Below are positions 39,692 to 50,056 of a stretch of DNA of 63,978 bases, piece after piece. A program made the position numbers and the translations under genes. Positions within the stretch are counted from its first letter, which is position 1. Every line of letters begins with the position of its first letter. Below the pieces are notes generated by a model. It made no database searches. It was not told where the DNA came from and was given only the letters and a program-made list of their open reading frames with translations. The stretch comes from Cytophagales bacterium (GTDB lineage: Bacteria > Bacteroidota > Bacteroidia > Cytophagales > Spirosomataceae), in NCBI GenBank assembly GCA_043760595.1, contig JAYUOX010000384.1, forward strand, positions 1-63,978. The letters run 5' to 3'.

Positions 39692-40729
39692 ATGAAATAT
39701 TTTTCCAAACGTGTTTACTGGACTGTTCAACTCTCGTGGTGGCTATTCACTACATTCATTCTTCGTTTTCCAAATTCAAAATATTTTTCAAATAATCCTG
39801 AAGCAAAATATAGTTATCTAATAATTAGTTTTTTGATTGGGATTGTTTTTACGCACTTTTACGCATATATTTTTCAAAAAAAATATCGAAATAACCAAAA
39901 TACTATATTTTTTGCTATTTCAGGGGCAATTTTGACGGGTGGAACAATTTATTTATTGGATTATTATTTTGGTTTTCAACGCTACCGTAAGCCCAATGAA
40001 GGAATCCCTTTGGAAGTTTACGATTATTTCCAATTTTTTATTGAATCAATCAGGTATGTAGGACTGTGGTTTTTATTTTATCACTTATTGGTCAGTAATG
40101 CCGAGTCTCAGCACAAAGCGGTTGCCTTAGCCCAATCTGAAACTGCCCTGAAAACGGCTGAATTAGCAAACCTGAAAAATCAATTAAATCCCCATTTTTT
40201 GTTCAATGCCATCAATAGTATTAAAGCATTAACCATCTCAGACCCCAGTTTGGCGAGGACATCACTGACTCAATTATCCGAACTTTTACGCTCATCATTA
40301 ACCGTTGGAAACGAACAACTAATTACCTTAGAATCGGAAATAAATTTTGTGAAAGATTATTTATTTTTAGAAAAAATAAGATACGAGAAAAGGCTCAGTT
40401 ATAAGTTTGACATAGACAAAGGGTCATTGAATATCAAAGTACCGCCGATGACCCTACAGCTATTGGTAGAAAATGCCATAAAACACGGCATCAGTAAACT
40501 CAAACACGGTGGAGATATAATGATTCATTCCATTTATGAGCAAAATACCTTTATTTTGACAGTTTCTAATTCAGGAAAAATATCGAAAGATTACTCTCCT
40601 ACGGGTGTAGGAATCAAAAATCTTGAAAAAAGGCTTTTCCTCAATTTTAATGAAAAAGCTGAATTCAATTTGTCTCAATCCCACAACAGAGTTATTACTA
40701 AAATAGTAATCAAACAAACCCCATCATAG
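39692..40729 (+). CDS. LytS/YehU-family sensor histidine kinase
   Basis: Four TM segments; LKNQLNPHFLFNAIN, LQLLVENAIKHG, GVGIKNL. Confidence 0.92.
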   Translation: MKYFSKRVYWTVQLSWWLFTTFILRFPNSKYFSNNPEAKYSYLIISFLIGIVFTHFYAYIFQKKYRNNQNTIFFAISGAILTGGTIYLLDYYFGFQRYRKPNEGIPLEVYDYFQFFIESIRYVGLWFLFYHLLVSNAESQHKAVALAQSETALKTAELANLKNQLNPHFLFNAINSIKALTISDPSLARTSLTQLSELLRSSLTVGNEQLITLESEINFVKDYLFLEKIRYEKRLSYKFDIDKGSLNIKVPPMTLQLLVENAIKHGISKLKHGGDIMIHSIYEQNTFILTVSNSGKISKDYSPTGVGIKNLEKRLFLNFNEKAEFNLSQSHNRVITKIVIKQTPS

Positions 40730-42376
40730 TCCCCTGATGGTTGAAGCATTAAAAAAACGTAAAATACCCAATATCTCTAATTTTTTATACCGTCCAGTAA
40801 GCCCCCCTCCGATGATAACCTCATGTCCAGAACGAATGGTTACATAATCATTTGATGAGGGGGTTCTGTTGCACTCCCACGTTGAGGAATCATGCCAAGT
40901 ACCAGAACCAAGGCTTTTTACTGGAATTAACCCCGAATAATTATTGGGAATGTCTATTTGTGGAGAAATTAGAATATTACCCAAAACGTCTTTCACCCGT
41001 ACACGGAACGAACCCGAACTGGCTACATAACTATTTGAGGTTGAAAGTATGTTGGTTGAAGTAAAATTATTTGACCACGACCTACTCGATGAAGCGGAAA
41101 CTAAGTTCATTGCTAAACTTGCTGGCGAATTACAATTACTGGATAATTGCGGAGGTGGAGTTGGTAGATATGGTGCTGAATTTGTAAAAAAAGCTGTGTT
41201 TAATTTTTGATTCCATGATTTTGCCAAAATTCGATGCCCATTGCCTAAAAAATGAATGGAATCAGGCATTGTTCTAACATTAGGTCCAACTAAATTATCT
41301 GTTTCTGGTCCTTCATAAACATTGGTCATATAATTTGCTTGCAGAATACCATTGACCCCGATAACATCATTTTGAGCATTAATAACAGGTTGCCAAATCC
41401 GAGAATTTGTAATTTGAAAGCCTTTAAATCTGGTTGCTTTTGACACAACCCAAGCTAAATTATTTTTTCCAGAATGTTCTCGGCTTTTTGAAATGACTGT
41501 TTTTAAGAAATTCCCATAAGTGTTTCTATCCGTTTCATTCAAATTATCGGTTTCGCCTTGATGCCACAAAACGGCTCTCACGCCAAACTGAGCCACATAA
41601 AAATTGAGTGCCATCCTAAGATTTCCGTAGGGCATTCCCTTTGGCATAACAAAAAAATTAAAAGGAGTAGCCATCGAATCCAAGGCTGATTCCTTCCAAG
41701 CGGTAATTCCAGTACCCGACCATCCAGCATTAAAAAATGCGACGGGAACGTTTAATCTTTTAGTTAACGTATCACCCAAAACTCCCCAACACCAAGCACT
41801 TACCCCAAATGGAGCAATAAAACAAGTGGAATCTAATCGACTAAACTCAGCCCGTGGCAAAACAATACTTCCATAATTGGTTGGGAAATTTATGGAATAA
41901 TTCACTACACTCACTCTATCATCATTTGCCATTGGTCCATAATTGCCAGCACTTCTCAAATCTCCATCACCAGTAGCATTTGACTGTCCCGCAATCACAA
42001 AAACCTCCCCCACTCCTATTCTCTGTACCGAGGCTGTTCCCAATAAAGTTGTTCCATTCCAGCATCTTACCTCAATATCGTACCACCCACCAGTTACGTT
42101 AAGCGTTCCATAATAATATCCATTTGAAGGGCTATTTTGAATGTTTGTCCAGTTTACAGTAGTTCCTTGCGAAGGAGTCATAGAACGAGCAACTGCCCTT
42201 GCTTCAACTCTATCCGCAAAAGTTGTATAATTTCCAGCAATATAAATACTTGATTGATTGCTATTATTTCTTTGAAAAATAGCCCTTGTTGTCGGATATG
42301 AAATATTTACTTGTCCAAATAAATAATTGGTAGTAATCAGTAAAAAAACTTGAAAAAAACGGTAAAAATTCCTCAT
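40724..42376 (-). CDS. Secreted sialate O-acetylesterase-like (SASA/DUF303) protein
   Basis: GVGEVFVIAGQSNA, LWHQGETD, DSIHF; C-terminal SGTWHDSSTW module. Confidence 0.8.
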   Translation of the reverse strand: MRNFYRFFQVFLLITTNYLFGQVNISYPTTRAIFQRNNSNQSSIYIAGNYTTFADRVEARAVARSMTPSQGTTVNWTNIQNSPSNGYYYGTLNVTGGWYDIEVRCWNGTTLLGTASVQRIGVGEVFVIAGQSNATGDGDLRSAGNYGPMANDDRVSVVNYSINFPTNYGSIVLPRAEFSRLDSTCFIAPFGVSAWCWGVLGDTLTKRLNVPVAFFNAGWSGTGITAWKESALDSMATPFNFFVMPKGMPYGNLRMALNFYVAQFGVRAVLWHQGETDNLNETDRNTYGNFLKTVISKSREHSGKNNLAWVVSKATRFKGFQITNSRIWQPVINAQNDVIGVNGILQANYMTNVYEGPETDNLVGPNVRTMPDSIHFLGNGHRILAKSWNQKLNTAFFTNSAPYLPTPPPQLSSNCNSPASLAMNLVSASSSRSWSNNFTSTNILSTSNSYVASSGSFRVRVKDVLGNILISPQIDIPNNYSGLIPVKSLGSGTWHDSSTWECNRTPSSNDYVTIRSGHEVIIGGGLTGRYKKLEILGILRFFNASTIRGL

Positions 42377-42570
42377 AGATTGTTATCAGTAAAATAGGGG
42401 CAAACGCTTTTCGAAATTGAAATATTCAACTAAAAGCAAGGACTCCAATAAAGAATATATGGTTGTAAGGAATGGGATAGGAAAAAATCGGATGTGCAAA
42501 TATAATATCACAGAGTTGATTTACACTGAATAGGAGTATTTTAATTTCAGTAAAACTTCTTTTATGGTCA

Positions 42571-42600
42571 AAAAAAGCCAACCCATTTCTGGGTTGGCTT
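42571..42600 (-). terminator. Terminator after rplY
   Basis: aagccaaccc-agaaat-gggttggctttttt on the minus strand. Confidence 0.75.
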
Positions 42601-42628
42601 CGGGTCTATCAATTTTAACTTGATAAAA

Positions 42629-43195
42629 TTATGCGTTGATTTTTCCTCTCAATGCACGTGGAATATCAATACTTGCTACTGGTGAAGACAAGTTATTCAA
42701 GATTACTACATTTTCAGTCTTCAATTTTGATACTTTCAACGTTTGACCTAAATCTAACCCGGTGATATCAGCCGTTACAAAATCAGGAATGTTATCAGCT
42801 AAACCTTTCAAAGTTATTTTACGTAACTTTTGAACCATTTTACCTCCTTTACGAACACCTGGTGAATCTCCAATAACTTTAATTGGTACATCAATTTTAA
42901 TTTCTTTACCCGCTACAATTTCCAAGAAATCCACGTGAAGAATCATCTCTGATACTGGGTGGAATTGTGAATCTTGAACGATTGCGTGGTGAATTTCTCC
43001 TTCAATATTCAAGATTACCTCTGATACTTCTGGAGTGTAAAGTAATTCTCTGAAAAGAATCATTGGAACGGCGAAGTGAATTTGTTTTTCGCCACCATAC
43101 AATACACACGGTGCAAGTGATTCATTACGTAAATCTTTGGCAGACTTAGTGCCAAGGGTCTCTCTGTTGTACCCTACAATTTCTACTTTTCTCAT
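42629..43195 (-). CDS. rplY: 50S ribosomal protein L25/Ctc
   Basis: GTKSAKDLR, PCVLYGG, QFHPVSEMILHVDF, GVRKGG. Confidence 0.96.
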   Translation of the reverse strand: MRKVEIVGYNRETLGTKSAKDLRNESLAPCVLYGGEKQIHFAVPMILFRELLYTPEVSEVILNIEGEIHHAIVQDSQFHPVSEMILHVDFLEIVAGKEIKIDVPIKVIGDSPGVRKGGKMVQKLRKITLKGLADNIPDFVTADITGLDLGQTLKVSKLKTENVVILNNLSSPVASIDIPRALRGKINA

Positions 43196-43224
43196 TTTTG
43201 AGTTGTTGTGTCAATAGCCTGTCG

Positions 43225-43330
43225 AGATTAGATAATAGATTTTAGAGTAAAGAGTAAAGAGTAAAGATTGACTTGACAAATCAGATTCTACTTTAACTCT
43301 ATTTTCTAACATCTTTACTCTATTCACTAT
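43225..43330. repeat. Heptamer-tandem inverted element
   Basis: agagtaa x3 ... tctacttt/tctttactct inverse units. Confidence 0.55.
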
Positions 43331-43353
43331 CTTCTACTGACCGTTTAAAATAA

Positions 43354-44295
43354 TTAATACTTTATAAATAATGAACTGATAGATTCGTGGTCTCGTATTC
43401 TTCCGATGGCTTTGGCAAATAATTCTGCTACGGATAATACCTTGATTTTGTCTGATACTTGTCTTTGAGGGATGGTATCTGTAACAACCAATTCGGTCAG
43501 AATTGAATTATTGATATTTTCGTAGGCATTTCCAGATAAAACACCGTGCGTTACGATGGCTCTTACGGATTTAGCTCCTTTATCCATAATTAATTGAGCG
43601 GCTTTGCACATCGTGCCACCCGTATCAATCATATCATCTACTAAAACTACGTCTGCACCTTGGACATCACCAATCAACTGCATTGTAGCAATTTCATTGG
43701 CTCTTTTGCGTTGCTTGTCGCAAATTACCATTTCTGCATTAAAAAACTTAGCAATATTTCTGGTTCTTACCACACCTCCAACGTCGGGAGAGGCAAAAAG
43801 AATTTTATCTAATCCCAACGATTTCAGATAAGGCACAAAAATGGCAGTTCCTTCTAAATGATCCACTGGAAAATCAAAAAATCCTTGAATTTGTCCAGCG
43901 TGCAAATCAATGGTCATCAATCGGTCTGCACCTGCGGCTGTTAGGAGATTTGCCATTAATTTTGCTCCAATCCCTACTCTTGGTTTATCTTTTCTATCTT
44001 GACGAGAATAACCAAAATAAGGAATCACAACCGTAACATAATGAGCAGAAGCACGTCTGGCAGCATCTATCATCAACAACAATTCCATCATATTATCAGC
44101 AGGTGGAAAAGTAGATTGAATCAAAAACACATCACATCCTCGCACAGATTCATTAAAACTTGGAGACATTTCACCATCCGAAAAACGTTGAACTGAACTT
44201 TGTCCTAAATCTTTTCCAAAATATCGGGCAATTTCTTTTGCTAAATGTTGGGAGGAAGACCCTGAGAAAATCTTTACTTGATTAATTGAAGCCAT
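43354..44295 (-). CDS. prs: Ribose-phosphate pyrophosphokinase
   Basis: FSDGE, YSRQDRK, DLHAGQIQGFF, VDDMIDTGGT; TACTTTTG at 44352-44359. Confidence 0.98.
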   Translation of the reverse strand: MASINQVKIFSGSSSQHLAKEIARYFGKDLGQSSVQRFSDGEMSPSFNESVRGCDVFLIQSTFPPADNMMELLLMIDAARRASAHYVTVVIPYFGYSRQDRKDKPRVGIGAKLMANLLTAAGADRLMTIDLHAGQIQGFFDFPVDHLEGTAIFVPYLKSLGLDKILFASPDVGGVVRTRNIAKFFNAEMVICDKQRKRANEIATMQLIGDVQGADVVLVDDMIDTGGTMCKAAQLIMDKGAKSVRAIVTHGVLSGNAYENINNSILTELVVTDTIPQRQVSDKIKVLSVAELFAKAIGRIRDHESISSLFIKY

Positions 44296-44445
44296 GTTTT
44301 TAGAGAGATGTACTTGCTCTCATTTTTAAGTTTTTATTCCCTAATTTTCTGCAAAAGTACAAAAATGCTTTTGTAAAATAACCATTAAATCGTTGTTTTT
44401 TCTCAAATTAAGCGGATTCTTAAAATTCCGTAACTTAGAAAATTG

Positions 44446-45330
44446 CTATTTTGCGTAAATAACTCCTTTTGCAGAAAGTAAAGTATTTTTCATCAACGAG
44501 ACTATCGTCATCGGTCCTACGCCTTTTGGAACGGGCGTAATGTAAGAACATTTTGGAGCTACTTCATCAAACTTAACGTCTCCCTTCAAAGCAAATCCTG
44601 ATTTTTTTGTAATATCTTCTACTCGGGTCAAACCCACATCAATAACAACAGCCCCTTCTTTGATAAAATTTCCTGTGATAAATTCGGGACGACCCAGAGC
44701 TGCTATCAGAATATCCGCCGTGGCACAAACTGCCGCCAAATCCTTAGTTTTCGAGTGAGTTAGTGTAACGGTACAATTACCAATTTTAACGTTCCTTTGC
44801 ATCAAAATTGACATCGGTAATCCCACAATTTGACTACGCCCAACCACTACACAATGCTTTCCAGAAGTTTCAATATTGTATCTTTCTAATAAATCCAGTA
44901 CGCCCTGAGGAGTTGCAGAAATATAGGCAGGAAGCCCTTTTGCCATTCTGCCAATGTTTATTGGGTGAAAACCATCAACGTCTTTGCGAGGGTCAATCGT
45001 TTCCATAATTTTATCAGGATTGATATGGTCTGGTAAGGGTAATTGAACGATTAAACCATCCATGTCATCATTATCATTAACCTTTTTTACTTCCTCTAAA
45101 AGCTCTGATTCTGAGATAGTTGTATCAAATCTTAATAAAGTTGAGTTAAATCCCAATTCCTCACATGACTTAACTTTATTAGCCACATAAGTCTCTGAGG
45201 CACCATTATTTCCTACCAAAATAGCTACCAAATGAGGCGTTTTTTGTCCAGAGGCTTTCATCTCAGCCACTTCAATAGCTATTTCTTTTTTTATTTCATC
45301 GGCTGTTGCCTTTCCGTCTATGATTTGCAT
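44446..45330 (-). CDS. folD: Methylenetetrahydrofolate dehydrogenase/cyclohydrolase
   Basis: [37 protein letters not shown]; TACTTTTG at 45345-45352. Confidence 0.97.
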   Translation of the reverse strand: MQIIDGKATADEIKKEIAIEVAEMKASGQKTPHLVAILVGNNGASETYVANKVKSCEELGFNSTLLRFDTTISESELLEEVKKVNDNDDMDGLIVQLPLPDHINPDKIMETIDPRKDVDGFHPINIGRMAKGLPAYISATPQGVLDLLERYNIETSGKHCVVVGRSQIVGLPMSILMQRNVKIGNCTVTLTHSKTKDLAAVCATADILIAALGRPEFITGNFIKEGAVVIDVGLTRVEDITKKSGFALKGDVKFDEVAPKCSYITPVPKGVGPMTIVSLMKNTLLSAKGVIYAK

Positions 45331-45453
45331 GATTTGTTTTTTTGCAAAAGTAATGCTTGTTTTTCATAAACAAAAAGTGCCCACCTTTTTGGATGGGCAT
45401 TTTTTGTTTAATAGCAAACCGTTCACCCTTAACCGTGAACCGTTCACCGTAGT

Positions 45454-46479
45454 CTATATCTTCGCAGTTTTAACAGTTTTGATTATGCGAGCCGCCACTT
45501 TGTAGGGATCAGCCGCTGAGTTAGGACGACGGTCTTCCAACCATCCTTTCCAGCCTTTTTGAACTGCCGCCATCGGAATACGGATTGAAGCTCCACGGTC
45601 TGAAATACCGTAAGAGAACTCATCCCAACGTGCCGTTTCGTGCTTGCCAGTTAAACGCAAATCGTTGTCTGGACCATAAACGTCAATATGTTCTTGGATT
45701 ACAGGAGCAAATGCTTCACAAATTTTGTTGTAAACTTCTTGATTACCAGCCGTTCTCAGAGCGGTATTCGAGAAGTTTGCGTGCATACCCGAACCGTTCC
45801 AGTCAAGGTGTCCGAGTGGCTTACAGTGATAGTTTACCCACACACCATATTTCTCACAACATCTTTCTAACATATAACGAGCAATCCACGTTTCGTCTCC
45901 TGCAGCCTTAGCTCCTTTGGCAAAAACTTGAAACTCCCACTGTCCAGCGGCAACTTCAGCATTGATACCTTCGAGGTTCAAGCCCGCCTGTAAACAATAT
46001 TCTAAATGTTCTTCGATGATTTCACGACCATACGCATTTTTTGCTCCAACCGAACAATAGTAAGGTCCTTGCGGTCCTGGATAACCGCCTTTGGGGAAAC
46101 CTAATGGCAAATTCAACTCTAAATCATACAAGAAAAATTCTTGCTCAAAACCAAACCAAAAATCATTATCATCATCCTCAATCGTGGCACGTCCGTTCGA
46201 TTCGTGTGCATTTCCGTTTGAATCAAGAACTTCACACATCACAAAATACGAGGGTGTTCCTAACTTAGAACGCTCTGGATCGGGACAAATGAAAACTGGT
46301 TTCAATTGGCAGTCAGACGAACCACCTGGTGCTTGTTCAGTCGAAGAACCATCGAATGACCACATATCACAGTCTTCTAATTTTCCGCTAAAATTATTTT
46401 CAACTTTGGTTTTGCTACGAAGGCTTTGAACTGGTTTGTAACCATCGAGCCAAATGTACTCAAGTTTAGCTTTTGCCAT
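45454..46479 (-). CDS. glnII: Glutamine synthetase type II-like
   Basis: EYIWLDG, FDGSST, NAEVAAGQWEFQ, WNGSGMHANFS, RLTGKHET, RGASIRIP, EDRRP; 341 aa. Confidence 0.9.
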   Translation of the reverse strand: MAKAKLEYIWLDGYKPVQSLRSKTKVENNFSGKLEDCDMWSFDGSSTEQAPGGSSDCQLKPVFICPDPERSKLGTPSYFVMCEVLDSNGNAHESNGRATIEDDDNDFWFGFEQEFFLYDLELNLPLGFPKGGYPGPQGPYYCSVGAKNAYGREIIEEHLEYCLQAGLNLEGINAEVAAGQWEFQVFAKGAKAAGDETWIARYMLERCCEKYGVWVNYHCKPLGHLDWNGSGMHANFSNTALRTAGNQEVYNKICEAFAPVIQEHIDVYGPDNDLRLTGKHETARWDEFSYGISDRGASIRIPMAAVQKGWKGWLEDRRPNSAADPYKVAARIIKTVKTAKI

Positions 46480-46531
46480 GACTTTGTTATTTGATTTTAA
46501 TGTATTTGGTTATTTTTTTGAGTTAATGATA

Positions 46532-46539
46532 CAAAATTA
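46532..46539 (-). promoter_or_regulatory. -7 element of the GSII gene
   Basis: TAATTTTG on the minus strand. Confidence 0.55.
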
Positions 46540-46791
46540 AACGTGAAAATTGAAAAATCACAAAAAAAAACAATTTTTTATTAATTTTTAAAACCTAATA
46601 ACATTTTGATAAAATTTATTACCCTTTCAGTTTTTCAAAAGGCAATATATTTCAATAAAACATTATTTATATTTTGTAATATTCAAATTTGCAGTATAAT
46701 ATTTTGAAATAAATAATATACGCAGAATTATATCTATGTTTCTTGAAAAAGTTAAATTTTTTCTTGGATAGTTAAATTAATCAAAAAATTG

Positions 46792-46799
46792 TAAATTTG
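46792..46799 (+). promoter_or_regulatory. -7 element of the GSIII gene
   Basis: TAAATTTG, about 260 nt before the ATG. Confidence 0.45.
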
Positions 46800-46944
46800 T
46801 TGCGATTAAAAAATCAGAATATTCTCTATTTTAAATAATCTAAATCATAGAAATATCCATTTGCTTACAGACTTTATGAAGACTTGAAAAAGATTTTTTA
46901 AACCCAAAAACTTATAAAAAATAAAAATTGTCTTACTTTTATGA

Positions 46945-47031
46945 GTACAACAGGTTTCTAACTGAGACGCATAGTTCTGTTGGTCGGACTCAATAACAGA
47001 ACTATGCGTCCCAGTTGGAAACCTGTTATAC
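46945..47031. repeat. REPIN family B (long form)
   Basis: gtacaacaggtttctaactgagacgcatagttctgtt ... aacagaactatgcgtcccagttggaaacctgttatac. Confidence 0.88.
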
Positions 47032-47059
47032 TTAAACAAAAAAAATAATCAAAAAATAT

Positions 47060-49264
47060 ATGGCAATTGCAAGATTTAAAGCCCTCGAATTAGCACAGTC
47101 TCGACAACCGATTCATGTCAAAATTCCTACTGAAAAAGTTACTGATTATTACGGAAGTAACACCTTCAATGACGAAGTAATGCGTTCATTGTTAAGTCCT
47201 GAGGCTTATTCTAAAATTAATAATGCCATTGAAGACGGCAAAAAAATTGACCGAGAAGCAGCCGATGAAGTAGCAGCCGCCATGAAATCTTGGGCATTAA
47301 CCAAAGGGGCTACGCATTACACGCACTGGTTTCAGCCTTTAACGGGTACGACGGCGGAAAAGCACGATGCTTTTTTTGATATTACCCATAAAGGAAAAGC
47401 GATGGAGAAATTCAAAGGTTCTGCCCTTGTGCAACAAGAACCCGATGCTTCTTCTTTTCCAAATGGTGGTATTCGCTCGACTTTTGAAGCTCGTGGATAT
47501 ACCGCTTGGGATCCATCTTCGCCCGCTTTTATCATGGAAAACACCGCTGGAACGGCTACTTTGTGTATTCCTTCGGTTTTTGTGTCATACACGGGTGAGG
47601 CGTTGGATTATAAAACGCCTTTACTGAAATCGGGAGAACTGATTGACAAAGCAGCAACCAAAGTAATGAACGAATATTTCAGTCGTGAGGTTGGCAAAGT
47701 AACCGCCACTTTGGGAGCTGAACAGGAATATTTTTTGGTGGATGAAGCCTTATATAATGCACGTCCAGATTTGTTGATGTCGGGACGTACTGTTTTTGGA
47801 CATTCTCCCGCCAAAGGTCAACAATTAGAAGATCATTATTTTGGTTCGATTCCTTCGAGGGTAAACGCCTACATGGTTGATTTTGAAATTGAGGCTTTGA
47901 AACTGGGAATGCCCGTGCGTACTCGCCATAATGAGGTTGCACCCGCACAATTTGAGGTTGCACCCACATATGAAGAAGCCAATTTAGCTTGCGACCATAA
48001 CGCACTTTTGATGGATTTGATGAATAAAATAGCCGTCAAACATAAAATGAGGGTGCTTTTTCACGAAAAACCATTCGCAGGAATTAACGGTTCGGGTAAA
48101 CATAATAACTGGGCTTTGGCAACTGATACAGGAATAAATCTATTAGGACCTTCATCAAAACCAAAAGAAAATTTGCGTTTTTTGACCTTTTTTGTTAATA
48201 CCATTAAAGCCGTTCACGACTACGCAGATCTTTTGCGTGCTTCCATTGCCTCCGCTGGAAATGAGCATCGCTTAGGAGCAAATGAAGCTCCGCCTGCCAT
48301 TGTTTCAATTTTCATTGGAACTGAAATGACAAGAGTTTTAAACGATTTAGAGAATCTTTCAGAAATGAATGATATTAAGTTAGAGAAAGGCGATAACGTT
48401 TATTTGAGGTTAGGCATCAATAAAATCCCCGCTCTTTTACTGGATAATACGGATAGAAATAGAACATCTCCATTTGCTTTTACGGGTAATAAATTTGAGT
48501 TCAGAGCGGTTGGTTCATCAGCAAATTCAGCCACACCAATGACCATTTTGAATACGATTGTTGCTCATCAACTTTTTAAATTCAGAGAAGAAGTTGATGT
48601 TCATATTGAAAAAGGGATTAAAAAAGAATTGGCAATTGTCGAAGTTTTGAAAGGTTACGTTACTCAATCGAAAAAGATTCTTTTTGAAGGAAATGGGTAT
48701 TCGGAGGATTGGGTAAAGGAAGCTACATCCCGTGGTTTGTCTAACCTAAAAACCACCCCAGAGGCTCTGGCGAAGTATTTAGATAAATCTGTGATAGAAT
48801 TATTTTTAAAATATGGCGTATTTACGGAGGTAGAGATGCACGCTCGTTATGAGATAGAAATGGAGAATTATATTAAAAAAATCCAGATAGAATCACGGGT
48901 AATTGGCGATTTGGCAATTAATCATATCATGTCCACTTCATTAAAATATCAGACACTTTTGGTGGATAATGTTCGTGGACAAAAAGAGATTGGTATTGAC
49001 CCTCAATATTATGCCCCAACCGTAGAAATTATCAAAAAGATTTCGATTTATACTTCCAAAATTAATAATTTGGTGGAGGAAATGACGGAGGCAAGAAAAG
49101 AAGCCAACAATGTGGAAGATATTGTAGAAAGAGCAAGACTATACAGTACCAAAGTGAAAGACTATTTTGAAGAAATCCGTTATTGCGTGGATAAATTAGA
49201 GTTAATCGTGGATGATGATGAGTGGCCCCTTCCAAAATATCGTGAGTTGTTGTTGATAAAATAA
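47060..49264 (+). CDS. glnN: Glutamine synthetase type III
   Basis: ATHYTHWFQPLTG, EPDASSFPNGG, HNEVAPAQFE, FHEKPFAGINGSGKHNNW, DRNRTSPFAFTGNKFEFRAVG. Confidence 0.95.
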   Translation: MAIARFKALELAQSRQPIHVKIPTEKVTDYYGSNTFNDEVMRSLLSPEAYSKINNAIEDGKKIDREAADEVAAAMKSWALTKGATHYTHWFQPLTGTTAEKHDAFFDITHKGKAMEKFKGSALVQQEPDASSFPNGGIRSTFEARGYTAWDPSSPAFIMENTAGTATLCIPSVFVSYTGEALDYKTPLLKSGELIDKAATKVMNEYFSREVGKVTATLGAEQEYFLVDEALYNARPDLLMSGRTVFGHSPAKGQQLEDHYFGSIPSRVNAYMVDFEIEALKLGMPVRTRHNEVAPAQFEVAPTYEEANLACDHNALLMDLMNKIAVKHKMRVLFHEKPFAGINGSGKHNNWALATDTGINLLGPSSKPKENLRFLTFFVNTIKAVHDYADLLRASIASAGNEHRLGANEAPPAIVSIFIGTEMTRVLNDLENLSEMNDIKLEKGDNVYLRLGINKIPALLLDNTDRNRTSPFAFTGNKFEFRAVGSSANSATPMTILNTIVAHQLFKFREEVDVHIEKGIKKELAIVEVLKGYVTQSKKILFEGNGYSEDWVKEATSRGLSNLKTTPEALAKYLDKSVIELFLKYGVFTEVEMHARYEIEMENYIKKIQIESRVIGDLAINHIMSTSLKYQTLLVDNVRGQKEIGIDPQYYAPTVEIIKKISIYTSKINNLVEEMTEARKEANNVEDIVERARLYSTKVKDYFEEIRYCVDKLELIVDDDEWPLPKYRELLLIK

Positions 49265-49281
49265 AAATAATTCACTCTGTG

Positions 49282-49314
49282 ACCCTCCCAAGCGTTCAAA
49301 ACGCTTGGGAGGGT
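49282..49314. repeat. Palindrome family E / terminator after GSIII
   Basis: accctcccaagcgttcaaaacgcttgggagggt followed by Ts. Confidence 0.75.
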
Positions 49315-49391
49315 TTTATTTTATGATAATTTGATATAGTAATAATTAGCCTTTTCAATTATCTTTACGATTAAATCAAACACAATAAAAA

Positions 49392-49955
49392 ATGTCATTA
49401 AAAGATAATCCAGGATTTGACCCAAAGGAAATAGAACAACTAAAAGCGGAGTGTAAAGCCGACGGAAAGAAATTTGTATATTTCGAAGATGAACTTGGTG
49501 ACGAACCCGACAATGTAGAGGAGTTTGTCCATGTACAATTTGTTGGAAATTATAAAGGTCAAGAAGCGATTTTTGATGCAGTTATCTATTCATTAAGATT
49601 GCATTTTAATAGTATAGTTTATGAAACAGCCGAAAGAAAGGCGTTGAAGACCTATCCACTTTATGTTCCGATGGAGAACCGTGATGAGACTTACGAAGCC
49701 AACGAAGACATAGATGATGAAGTTGAATTATACATCACAGAACTCATCGAAGAAATAGAAGAAAACGAAGAAGTCAAACTTTCAGAACACTTAGAAATTG
49801 ACGAAAAATTTGAGTACGGAATCGGTTTGGATGTTTGTCTGAATGTAGATGAAGTTGATGATGCCATTGTTACAAAATTCGTTGATGAATATTTGGCAGG
49901 AACCATTAAATTAGACCCAACGATGTATTCTTTTAAATCAGAATATGAGGACTGA
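49392..49955 (+). CDS. Highly acidic hypothetical protein
   Basis: 187-aa Glu/Asp-rich ORF with an A-rich leader. Confidence 0.75.
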   Translation: MSLKDNPGFDPKEIEQLKAECKADGKKFVYFEDELGDEPDNVEEFVHVQFVGNYKGQEAIFDAVIYSLRLHFNSIVYETAERKALKTYPLYVPMENRDETYEANEDIDDEVELYITELIEEIEENEEVKLSEHLEIDEKFEYGIGLDVCLNVDEVDDAIVTKFVDEYLAGTIKLDPTMYSFKSEYED

Positions 49956-49959
49956 TTTA

Positions 49960-50049
49960 ATGGTTGAAGTTTGAGTTGTTGAATTGTTGTTGCCACACCT
50001 CAGATTTAAGTAATTTTCAACAACTCAACAATTCAAACATCAACAACCC
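49960..50049. repeat. Octamer-tandem inverted element (family D-like)
   Basis: ggttgaagtttgagttgttgaattgttg ... caacaactcaaacaattcaaacatcaacaacc. Confidence 0.6.
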
Positions 50050-50056
50050 CGAATAA

